This document shows positions 38,992 to 47,519 of a DNA stretch of 64,000 bases, in pieces. The number at the start of each line of letters is the position of its first letter. Position 1 is the stretch's first letter. A model generated the notes under the pieces. It did no database searches. It was not told where the DNA came from and saw nothing but the letters and a program-made list of their open reading frames with translations. Where the stretch lies: NCBI GenBank assembly GCA_963668695.2, contig CAXXLQ010000004.1, positions 2,208,001-2,272,000 on the forward strand, written 5' to 3'. The position numbers and the translations under genes are program-made. Source of the stretch: Vicinamibacteria bacterium (GTDB taxonomy: Bacteria; Acidobacteriota; Vicinamibacteria; Marinacidobacterales; Marinacidobacteraceae).

Positions 38992-39998
38992 CGAAGTCCC
39001 TTTCTGCCGCGCGCCTGCCCCGGTGGCTCACCGGAACGCTGGTTGTCGCACTTGCCGCGTCCGGCGGGATCCCGATTGCTTCCGGATACCAGTTGATCCG
39101 GGGGCCGAGTTTCGTCTGGGCCTCTGGCCTGCGTCCGGTGGGGTACTGGGTGGCCAACGTGCCCGACAACTGGATGACCGTGGACGAGGTGGTGGCCGAG
39201 ACGAGGGCCGCATTCGACACCTGGGCTGCCCCCGAAGAGGTCGGTTTCTCGTTTTCCTACCGTGGCAAGACCAACCAGCGCCCCTTCGAGTTCTTCGACA
39301 GGACGAACACGGTCGGCTTCACGACCCGGGAACACATGGCCGAGCTGGGTCTCTCCGACATCACGCTGTCCGTGACGAGCTGGCTCACTGTCATCGAGAC
39401 GGGTGCCATCGCCGAGTCCGACATCATCGTGAACCCGGCCTACAACTGGACGGATACGCCGGAACGCGGAGGTTGGGACTACCAATCCACGATGGTTCAC
39501 GAAGCTGGCCACTTCCTGGGGCTGGGCCATTCCGGCGTCGGGCGCCGATCCGAAGGCGCGTTGCTCACCGGCTCGTCCGTAATGTGGCCGTACGGTTTCG
39601 GAAGCGGCACCTCGCTTGGGCGAACCCTCACTGCCGATGACATCACCGGGGCGTCGCTCCTTTATCCCGGTTTGGCCGCGAAGACCGGAAGTATTCGGGG
39701 TGTAATCCGCCGCCCTTCGGGAGAGGCCGTCCGCTACGCCCACGTCGTCGCTTACGAGCCCCTGCTCGACCACACGGTGGGCGGTTGGGGCGACGAAGCG
39801 GGGAACTACGAAATCGCCGGCCTGCCGAACGGGAACTACGTGCTGCGAGCGAACCCGATACCCGTAAGTCACGGCGCCCGCGCCTACTTCTTCCCTTTCG
39901 GCGCCGCCGATCACGATTTCAGCGTCACCGTCCATCCGCATCTGGTGAGGGTTGCCGACGGGACGGCCACCGAGATCAACCTCGAGGTCGGTCAGTGA
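38988..39998 (+). CDS. Matrixin (M10-like) zinc metalloprotease with carboxypeptidase-regulatory-like C-terminal domain
   Basis: HEAGHFLGLGHS, Met-turn SVMWP, LTADDI.G...LYP. Confidence 0.88.
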   Translation: MTKSLSAARLPRWLTGTLVVALAASGGIPIASGYQLIRGPSFVWASGLRPVGYWVANVPDNWMTVDEVVAETRAAFDTWAAPEEVGFSFSYRGKTNQRPFEFFDRTNTVGFTTREHMAELGLSDITLSVTSWLTVIETGAIAESDIIVNPAYNWTDTPERGGWDYQSTMVHEAGHFLGLGHSGVGRRSEGALLTGSSVMWPYGFGSGTSLGRTLTADDITGASLLYPGLAAKTGSIRGVIRRPSGEAVRYAHVVAYEPLLDHTVGGWGDEAGNYEIAGLPNGNYVLRANPIPVSHGARAYFFPFGAADHDFSVTVHPHLVRVADGTATEINLEVGQ

Positions 39999-40813
39999 AT
40001 CTGCGGCGACTGAGGTCTGCCGCGCCATTGGTTGTACTGACGGCGGTCCCATTCGCCGCGTTCCCCTCGGAGAAGAGCGCGGGACGCCACTCCGAAGAGT
40101 CCGTGGCCCATGACCCCGAATCCGGCCGGCTCCGGGACATTCTCCAGAGCCTCCGGGAGGCATCCGAAACAGCTTCCGGCGTCGCCCAGACCGGACCTGC
40201 CCGTCAGGGTCCGGTTTTCTCGCAACCAGGCGACTGGACGCATGCTGAAGCGGCCATCGTGATCGGGAGCCAACTGGTGGACCAGGATCTGGGATTTTCC
40301 AGGAACATTTTTCAGACGGTTTCGGGTGAGGCTTCCGATGTCGGGTTCGGCCAGCACCTTGGCGCCCGCGGCGCCTTCTTCGTGAACCGCTATCTCGGAG
40401 CGGAAGCCGGTTTTACTCGAACGACGACCGAGTTCGAGTTCTCTGTCACGGATGAGGAAGCCGGAGTCATCTTCTTTCGAGAGCCCCTTGAGCAGGTAAG
40501 TCAGGAGGCTTCGGTATCGGCCGTGGCGCAGTGGCCGCGCGCCGCTGTCACTCCCTACGCGGTGGTGGGTTACGCGTGGCGAACCTCGGAGATCGAAGGA
40601 GGGGAGGCCATGGAGTCGGGAGCCGTCGTTTTCGGATTCGGGATCAAGGTGCCCTTCCCGCGGATTCCGGTTTCGCTTGCCTTCGACTACCGATACATCG
40701 AGTACCGGGATGAAGAGGGTGATGTGTTGCGGCTCGCCGAAGGGGGGATGGGAAGCCCCACTGTTTCCGCGCTGACCCTCGGCGTGGTCGTCCGCCTCAA
40801 CGTGAACCGATAG
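39995..40813 (+). CDS. Outer-membrane beta-barrel (OmpA/Ail-like) protein
   Basis: Signal peptide, amphipathic strands, TPYAVVGYA, FGFGIKV, FDYRY; GTGA overlap with the matrixin gene. Confidence 0.7.
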   Translation: MNLRRLRSAAPLVVLTAVPFAAFPSEKSAGRHSEESVAHDPESGRLRDILQSLREASETASGVAQTGPARQGPVFSQPGDWTHAEAAIVIGSQLVDQDLGFSRNIFQTVSGEASDVGFGQHLGARGAFFVNRYLGAEAGFTRTTTEFEFSVTDEEAGVIFFREPLEQVSQEASVSAVAQWPRAAVTPYAVVGYAWRTSEIEGGEAMESGAVVFGFGIKVPFPRIPVSLAFDYRYIEYRDEEGDVLRLAEGGMGSPTVSALTLGVVVRLNVNR

Positions 40814-40859
40814 CCCGGTCGGATCGGATCGGCTTCGGCCCCGCTGCCGGGAGACGGCG

Positions 40860-41909
40860 TCAGCGGACCGGCGGCGTGTCGGGAAGGCCGCGGGTGAGCA
40901 GTTTGAAGAGGAGCCCCAACGCGAAGTTCGAACGCGCGAAGATGTTGCTGACGACGACGACCGCGCCGACGCTGCGTCGAGACACCTTCACCTCCCGTCC
41001 GGTCGTAAACGCGGGTGTTCGCCGTATTCGCTGCAGGGTGAGGACCGCGATGCCCAGGGGCCACAGACAGGACCGCCGAATCCCGGTTTCCCCGGCAGGA
41101 AGGATCAGGATGTAACGGAGCGCATTGGCGAGATGCCGCCGCGTGATCGCCACCAGTTCCATCAACCCCGCTACGAAGCCGGGGTCCGCTCGCCCGGGAG
41201 AAAGAGAGCGGAGTTCCACTCCGGCCGCACCGAAGACGTCACGCGGCAGCCAGCAGACTCCGCGGCGGTGGTCTTCCCAGATGTCCTTCAGGATGTTGAT
41301 CAGCTGCAGTCCCTGTCCGAAGGACACCGACAGGGCCAGAAGCTCGCGCCGCCGCTTCGCGATCTCGGCGGAGTAGTCGCAGAACAACGCGGTGAGGGTT
41401 TCCCCGACCACGCCGGCGACGTGATAGCAGTAACGCTCCAGTTGGGCAACGTCCCGCAGCCCCTCGGCGGTGGCGCTCCGCTGAAACTCCACCATGCCGA
41501 GCGTCATGATGCGGACACAGCGCTGGATTGCCGACTGCTGTGGCGCGCTGAACCGGGCGGTGACCCTCAGGACTCGCGGGGTATTGGCCACCAGGTCCCG
41601 CTCGCTCTCGGTGGTGGCCGAAGAAAGCAGCGCCCCCAGCTCGTCGGCAAAGACGGTCGGGTCGCCCTCCCCGGCCACCAGTTCGACGTAGCGGTTCGAG
41701 AAGGCCGCCTTTTGGTCCGGAGAGAGGGCGGGCTCGTCCTCGATGGTGTCGGCGATCCGGCAGAGGAGGTACAGGTTGCCCACGGCGTCGTACAGCTTTC
41801 CCGGTAGCGCCTTGATGGTGAATGCGAAGCTGCGCGCGACCCCATCCAGACTTCGCTGCTGGTAGGCGAGATCGCGGTCTTCCGGACGCGGCGCAGAGTG
41901 CAGGGTCAT
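40860..41909 (-). CDS. Squalene synthase (farnesyl-diphosphate farnesyltransferase)-like protein
   Basis: [45 protein letters not shown]. Confidence 0.88.
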   Translation of the reverse strand: MTLHSAPRPEDRDLAYQQRSLDGVARSFAFTIKALPGKLYDAVGNLYLLCRIADTIEDEPALSPDQKAAFSNRYVELVAGEGDPTVFADELGALLSSATTESERDLVANTPRVLRVTARFSAPQQSAIQRCVRIMTLGMVEFQRSATAEGLRDVAQLERYCYHVAGVVGETLTALFCDYSAEIAKRRRELLALSVSFGQGLQLINILKDIWEDHRRGVCWLPRDVFGAAGVELRSLSPGRADPGFVAGLMELVAITRRHLANALRYILILPAGETGIRRSCLWPLGIAVLTLQRIRRTPAFTTGREVKVSRRSVGAVVVVSNIFARSNFALGLLFKLLTRGLPDTPPVR

Positions 41910-42016
41910 CGGGCAGGGGGCTTCACGATCTCATGCCCAGCCATCCTGCCGCACAACGTCGCCGTACTGTACCAACGGCTGGAGCCCCCGCCGGGATCCG
42001 GCGGGGAAAGATCGCC

Positions 42017-42201
42017 TAGCAGCCTGTGGTGAAACTCACGTGAGCGCCGAGGTCGGTGAGGCGCCCGTCCGACGAGGCGCGTGAGGGAGGAATACCGGGT
42101 GTATTTCGACCGAAACGCAACGAAGAACGGAGCGAAGCGGAGTGGTTCGGGCGGGATGCATCGCCGGCCGAACGCCGCGTGGGTTTTGCCACAGGCTGCT
42201 A
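42017..42201. mobile_element. Family B MITE, 185-bp core copy
   Basis: TA-GCAGCCTGTGGTGAAAC...GTTTTGCCACAGGCTGC-TA; overlaps the TAG stop of the MBL gene. Confidence 0.85.
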
Positions 42202-43806
42202 GGGCTCGAGCTGCTCCAGCGCCGCGAGGAAGTCGCTCCAAGGCACCGGCTCCCCGTGCACCGGGGCCAGCGTCTCCACGTCCAGGTGCATGCGCTCCAC
42301 CTGCGTATGCAGGGCGCGCATCGACGGCAGCTGCGCCTCCTTCGGCGGTTCGTGGGTGTCGAACAGGTCGGCCTGGAACGCGATGCGCTCGGCCGGCAGG
42401 TACGCCATCAGCATCCCGGCGACGTGTCGTAGCGGCTGCACGTAGTAGACGCGCAGGATCCGGGAGTCGTCGGTGATGACGTAGTTCTCCTGGATCGCCT
42501 CGTAGTTGTAGCCCTCGGCCAGCTCGGTCGGCGGCCACCTGGAGACGATGTCCGGCCTGATCGTTCTCGGCTCGTAGGTCAGCACATCGCGGTTCAGGAA
42601 CTCCAGGTTGAGGATGTGGGTGACGATGGTCGATCCGATGTGCAGGTACGTGCGCAGCCCCCCGATGTGGTCGAAGTGCGGGTGGGACGCGATCACCCAG
42701 CGGATCGGCTTGTCCGGGGCCAGCTGCGTAATCCGGTCGATGACCTTCAGGCTCCGCTCCTCGTCGCCGGGGGCTTCGAAGACCGCCACGAAGTCGCTGA
42801 ACTCCACCAGGTAGCTGTTGGCGGGACCACCGCCGAGCCGATACACGCCGTCGGCGATCTCGTCGACCGTTACCTCGGTGGACCAGTCCGCCTCGGCCAC
42901 CGACTCCGGCACCGGCACCGCGTCGCCGCACTCGTTGGGCCGGATGTCCGCGAACGTGCCGCCGTAGGCGTTATGCCCGGTGCTCTGTCGGTAGAACTGC
43001 CAGTTGTCGTCCCAGCCCTGGTGCGAGTGCCAGTCGGTCGGCCACTTGATGTTGCCGAACGAGACGTGATTCGTGGACTCGTGCTCGATGTTGAAGTCGC
43101 CCAGGACGGGGATGTTCACCGTCGTCTTGAGCCGTTGAATCTGATTCCGGGAGTTGATCGTGGCGTCCACCCGGTACTTGCCGAACATGGTGATCGCGAC
43201 GACGTGCATCTTCTTGGGGCTCACGACGTTGCCGTCGCGGCCCTTCTCGATCTGTTCCCAGCGCCAGAATGCCACCGGATTCGCGCCCGGCAGGCGGGAC
43301 GCCTTGACGAACCCGTGCGGGTTGAGCCACATGTCGAGCTGGTACACCTCGGCGATTTCGGGCGGCACCGCGACCGGCGGGCCGTCGCCGTCCAGGTGCC
43401 ACGAGAACTCGCCGGCGGTGACGTGCGTCTGCCGCGTCTCCTTCTGGGTTGGCGTGCCGCCGCGCCAGCCGAGACCGTACTTCCAGGACGCCGGCGCCAT
43501 GCCCGGTTGCCGGTCGAACGTCTCCACACTCGTGCCGGCTTCCCAGTTGATGACGCGCGTGTAGTTCGCCAGCGCGTCGATGCGCGGCCAGTCGATGTTG
43601 ACGGCGTTCTCGAATGTCTGGCCCACCGCGCCGGCGTAGCCGCTGCCGGAGAACGTGATGCAGCGCAGGTCGGCCTCGCCGATCTCCTCGGCGACGGCGG
43701 CGAGAAGGGGAGCCGGATCGACGTAGCCCGGCGGAAACTCCTGGGCCGCCAGTGGATTCACCCCCAGCATGAGCAGCGCGAGGTTGCCGGCAAGACGCCT
43801 CGCCAT
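42199..43806 (-). CDS. Secreted protein with C-terminal metallo-beta-lactamase-fold domain
   Basis: Signal peptide, SHPHFDHIGG (HxHxDH), FQADLF, PVHG. Confidence 0.85.
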   Translation of the reverse strand: MARRLAGNLALLMLGVNPLAAQEFPPGYVDPAPLLAAVAEEIGEADLRCITFSGSGYAGAVGQTFENAVNIDWPRIDALANYTRVINWEAGTSVETFDRQPGMAPASWKYGLGWRGGTPTQKETRQTHVTAGEFSWHLDGDGPPVAVPPEIAEVYQLDMWLNPHGFVKASRLPGANPVAFWRWEQIEKGRDGNVVSPKKMHVVAITMFGKYRVDATINSRNQIQRLKTTVNIPVLGDFNIEHESTNHVSFGNIKWPTDWHSHQGWDDNWQFYRQSTGHNAYGGTFADIRPNECGDAVPVPESVAEADWSTEVTVDEIADGVYRLGGGPANSYLVEFSDFVAVFEAPGDEERSLKVIDRITQLAPDKPIRWVIASHPHFDHIGGLRTYLHIGSTIVTHILNLEFLNRDVLTYEPRTIRPDIVSRWPPTELAEGYNYEAIQENYVITDDSRILRVYYVQPLRHVAGMLMAYLPAERIAFQADLFDTHEPPKEAQLPSMRALHTQVERMHLDVETLAPVHGEPVPWSDFLAALEQLEP

Positions 43807-43988
43807 GGTTCTCGGGCTCTGGAGCATGTCTCTACGTGTGTCCAGAGGATCTACGCGGTGCCGACGCTCAACCTTGGCAGCGCGCTGCAATCCGCCGGCT
43901 GCATGTCGTGGCCGACCGGCGAGGGCGAGGTCCTCGCGGGTGGCGTACCGGACATCGAGAACGGCCTACAATTAGATTCCAAGGGCTA

Positions 43989-44060
43989 GCCGGTGTAGCT
44001 CAGGGGTAGAGCAGCTGATTCGTAATCAGCAGGTCGGTGGTTCAAATCCACTCGCCGGCT
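43989..44060 (+). tRNA. tRNA-Thr(CGT), CCA not encoded
   Basis: Cloverleaf GCCGGTG/CGCCGGC, anticodon arm GCTGA-TTCGTAA-TCAGC, GGTTCAAATCC T-arm; TACAAT about 20 nt upstream. Confidence 0.95.
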
Positions 44061-44473
44061 CAGCCGCCCGTCTCTCCCGGGCGGAATCTCGTCCAGACCG
44101 CCTGGACGACGAACGCCAGACCGAGCGCGGCCAGGATGGGCGTCCCGCCCAGCAGCAGGATGCCGGGTGGGCCGAGCAGGCCCCCGAACACGCTGCCGAG
44201 AGCCGAAAAGGGAACGGCAACAAACCAGAGCGCGATCGGAACCCTGGCGTTCATCCGGAAGCGACGCAGGGTCCAGATCAGCGGTAGGGCGAAGACGCAA
44301 CCGGCCGCATAGGCGAAGAACAACCCCGAGATCAGCGCGGCGGCATCCATCCGGGACACCGACCTGTCTTCCACGAGCAGGAGGCGGCCCAGAGCAACCA
44401 CCACGAACACGCTGGTGTAGGCCGCGCCGTACCCGAGGCAGGCGCGGTAACGGGGTAGCTGCGGGGGGGGCAT
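44060..44473 (-). CDS. Small integral membrane protein (~4 TM)
   Basis: Four hydrophobic segments from ATG 44473; its stop abuts the tRNA 3' end. Confidence 0.6.
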   Translation of the reverse strand: MPPPQLPRYRACLGYGAAYTSVFVVVALGRLLLVEDRSVSRMDAAALISGLFFAYAAGCVFALPLIWTLRRFRMNARVPIALWFVAVPFSALGSVFGGLLGPPGILLLGGTPILAALGLAFVVQAVWTRFRPGETGG

Positions 44474-44618
44474 CAGAACCTCGGGGGGACTTTCCCGTCG
44501 AGAATACTGCGCGGCGCGGGTCCGGGTTCCGCCGCGAGCCGCGGGGAGCCGGGCGGCACGTGCGTTCCCACCGAGAAGGTTGAATCGCGCTAGGACGGCC
44601 CTGCGTCTCCCGCGCTCC

Positions 44619-45642
44619 TCAGAGCGGTTCCACGGCGAGCTTTTCGAGTCTGGCGCCCAGGCTTCGGAGGTCGTCGACATCTCCCATGACGATCAGGGTG
44701 TCTCCGCTCTCGAGCCGTTGGTTCCCGCGCGGGGCGATCGTCATTTCCTCCCCGTCCCTTTCGATGCCCAGGACGAGGACGATGCGGTCTTTGCCCAACG
44801 GGGACTCGGCGATTGTTTTTCCCGCGAAGCCGGATTCGGGGGTCACCAGAATTTCTCCGGCTCCGAAGCCCCGGTGGGTCATCTCGGTGATTCCGTGCAA
44901 CAGGCGATGGGTGCCTGAGCTGCAAAGGTTCCGGACCACAACCCGGCTGGCGGTGGTGTGCGGGGAAATCACGTCTTCGGCGGCGGCCCCGGCCCGTTCC
45001 AGATTCGCGCGGGAGCGGTCTTCCTCGGATCGGGCGATCACCCGGATTTCGGGACGCAGCGCCTTGGCGGTCATGGTGATCGACAGGTTGTCCCCGTCGT
45101 TGGGCAGCAGGGTCACGATCGCCGACGCCCGTCCTACCCCGGCCTGTTCGAGTGTCGCTTCGACCGTGGCGTCCCCCTCGATTGCCCCCACTCCCTGGCG
45201 GGTCGCCAACTGAACGCCAGCCGTCGTCGTTTCGATGACGCATACCGGGTTGTCATGCTGCCTGAGGCCGGCAACCCCGCTGCCCCATTCTTCCGAAACC
45301 GCAGACGATGATGTGATTCTTCATGCGCCGGATTCTCCTTTCCTGCCGCCGCTTCGGCGCCTCCATGATGCGTTCTCCGAGAGCCCCGAGCGCGTAGCCC
45401 AGGGTCGCCACCCCACCGAGGATAAGACCGATGGCGAACAGCCGCCCGGCATCCGACAGCGGCCGGACCTCCTCGAACCCCACGGTGGAGAGGGTGATCA
45501 CCGTCATGTAGAAGGCGTCGAGGGTGTCCCACTCTTCGATCCACATGAATCCGATCGTGCCGGCGACGAGCACGCCGACGGCGGCGCCGGTGGCGGCGCC
45601 AAAGGGCCAGCGGGCGCGCAGCCAGTGCCGGAGAACCGTCAT
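44619..45642 (-). pseudogene. TrkA/RCK-gated potassium channel (MthK/Kch-like), frameshifted
   Basis: Pore TLSTVGFEE and HIIVCGFGRMG in one frame; PVCVIE, GDAT...L..AG and TrkA-C in another. Shift at the C4 run 45275-45278. Confidence 0.85.
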
Positions 45643-45742
45643 GGATCGCTCCTGCTGGATGGTGTCCGGCAAACGCAGCCTGGAGGTGAGCCCGTGTGCG
45701 GTGCGCTCACCGGGGTTTCCCCACGGAGACAAAGGTTCATGG

Positions 45743-45788
45743 AACCGGACGTCAAACCGGACATCAAACCAGACATCAAACCAGACTG
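45743..45788. repeat. 12-bp tandem repeat (AACC[G/A]GAC[G/A]TCA) x~4
   Basis: aaccggacgtca aaccggacatca aaccagacatca aaccagact. Confidence 0.75.
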
Positions 45789-45868
45789 GGGGCTGGGCGC
45801 AGTGGCGTCGCTCCTGGGCGAGTACCCAAGCCTTCCGACCCGGGGAGCAACCCGGGTCCGGAATCCGG

Positions 45869-45943
<75 letters not shown>

Positions 45944-45960
45944 TCCGGATTGGGTCGGCG

Positions 45961-45990
45961 ACTTTACATTCTGGGATAGGGATCTGTCAA
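45961..45990 (-). promoter_or_regulatory. sigma70-like promoter of tRNA-fMet
   Basis: TTGACA-18 nt-TAAAGT on the minus strand, ending about 17 nt before the tRNA. Confidence 0.6.
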
Positions 45991-46253
45991 AGCCTCGTAT
46001 CCGAACACGGTCCCGGTCCCGGCCCTGCGCACGATGAAGAGACTCAACTTCGGTTTCATCGAATCAACGACTTCCTGGCGTCGCGCCGGTCGACAGCCGT
46101 CGATGGCCCTGGCTCGCGCCCTGATCACACAGCGTTTCCGGAGCCCGTGGAGCCCGGATGGCGAGTTACTATGAAAAAGAGATCCGGCGTGAGACTGGCC
46201 GCGCGCTCGGCGCTCCTTCCGCCCACCCACCTGCCGGTTTCCCGAGTGCGTTC

Positions 46254-47261
46254 GTGACTGTCCCCGATCCGGAGTCCCTGCTTTCCGAGGCGGAAGTCTC
46301 GGAAGCGGTCGGGGCGTTATTCCGCCTCGACCAGGAGCGGGACGTTGAGGCATGGCGAACCGAGCACCTCGGACGAAAGTCGCGACTCGTTCTTTCGCTT
46401 CGCGCCCTCGGACGTCTCGATCCCTCCCGCCGGGCCGCCGTCGGTCGGTTGTTGAACGATGCGAAGACCCGCCTCGGAGAGGCCCTGCAGGCGAAACAGG
46501 CCGAACTGAAGGCCCGTCGGACACAGGATCTGGCATCGCTCGACGTGAGTCTTCCCGGGCGCCCGCTTCCTTCCGGCGGACTCCATCCCATCACGAGGAC
46601 GGAGCGCGCCATCGTGGCCGCCTTCGCTTCGATGGGGTTCCACGTGATCGAGGGACCTGAGGTCGAACTCGAGTACTACAACTTCGACGCTCTCCGGATC
46701 CCGGCGGACCACCCCGCGCGGGACGCGATGGACACGTTTTACCTCGAAAGCCCCGACGGCGGGACGCCGCTCCTGCTACGCACCCATACCTCACCGAACC
46801 AGATCCGCTATATGGAGCAGCACGAGCCACCAATCCGTCTCATCGCTCCCGGACGCACGTACCGGAACGAGGCCACCGACGCAACCCACGAGTGGATGAT
46901 CACGCAGACGGAGGTCCTGGCAGTGGACCGGGGCCTCACCCTCGCGCACCTCAAGGGCACGCTGTACGAGTTCGCCCGGCATCTGTTCGGTGAGGACCGG
47001 GAGATCCGTTTCCGCTGTGACTACTTTCCTTTCGTGGAGCCCGGAGTCGAGGTCTCGATCAGTAGCCCCGACGGTTGGATCGAAATCCTCGGAGCCGGCA
47101 TGGTGCATCCCGAGATCCTCGCCAACATGGGGTACGACCCGGAGATTTACACCGGATTCGCCGCAGGTCTCGGCGTGGAGCGGATCGCGATGCTCCGGCA
47201 CGGGATCCGGGACATCCGACGCTTTTACGAAAACGATCTTCGTTTCCTTCGCCAGTTTTAG
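46254..47261 (+). CDS. pheS: Phenylalanine-tRNA ligase alpha subunit (start uncertain)
   Basis: NFDAL.IP.DHPARD..DTFY, LRTHTSP.Q, YFPFVEP, EILGAGMVHP, GLGVERIAM. Confidence 0.97.
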   Translation: MTVPDPESLLSEAEVSEAVGALFRLDQERDVEAWRTEHLGRKSRLVLSLRALGRLDPSRRAAVGRLLNDAKTRLGEALQAKQAELKARRTQDLASLDVSLPGRPLPSGGLHPITRTERAIVAAFASMGFHVIEGPEVELEYYNFDALRIPADHPARDAMDTFYLESPDGGTPLLLRTHTSPNQIRYMEQHEPPIRLIAPGRTYRNEATDATHEWMITQTEVLAVDRGLTLAHLKGTLYEFARHLFGEDREIRFRCDYFPFVEPGVEVSISSPDGWIEILGAGMVHPEILANMGYDPEIYTGFAAGLGVERIAMLRHGIRDIRRFYENDLRFLRQF

Positions 47262-47515
47262 CAGCCTGTGGTGAAACCCAAGCGGCCCAGTTCTCCCGGT
47301 GGGGGCTCGAGCGGCGATCCATCCCGTCTGAACCATGTCGCTTCGCGCCGCTCATCGTTGCGTTTCGGTCGGAATACACCCGGGCCAGTTCTCCCGGTGG
47401 GGGCTCCTCCCTCACGCGCCTTGTCAGCCGGGCCCCCACCGGGAGAACTGGCCCCACCGGGAGAACTGGGCCTCGCCGCTCTCGGCGCTCACCCGGGTTC
47501 CACCACAGGCTGCTA
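47259..47515. mobile_element. Family B MITE between pheS and pheT
   Basis: TA-GCAGCCTGTGGTGAAACCC...GGGTTCCACCACAGGCTGC-TA, carrying four 20-mer inserts. Confidence 0.88.
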
Positions 47516-47519
47516 GGTT

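Noticed and set aside
42199-43806. Class B beta-lactamase resistance gene
   Set aside because: HxHxDH lies at the C-terminus of a ~535-aa protein with a long unrelated N-terminal part; only the MBL fold can be supported.
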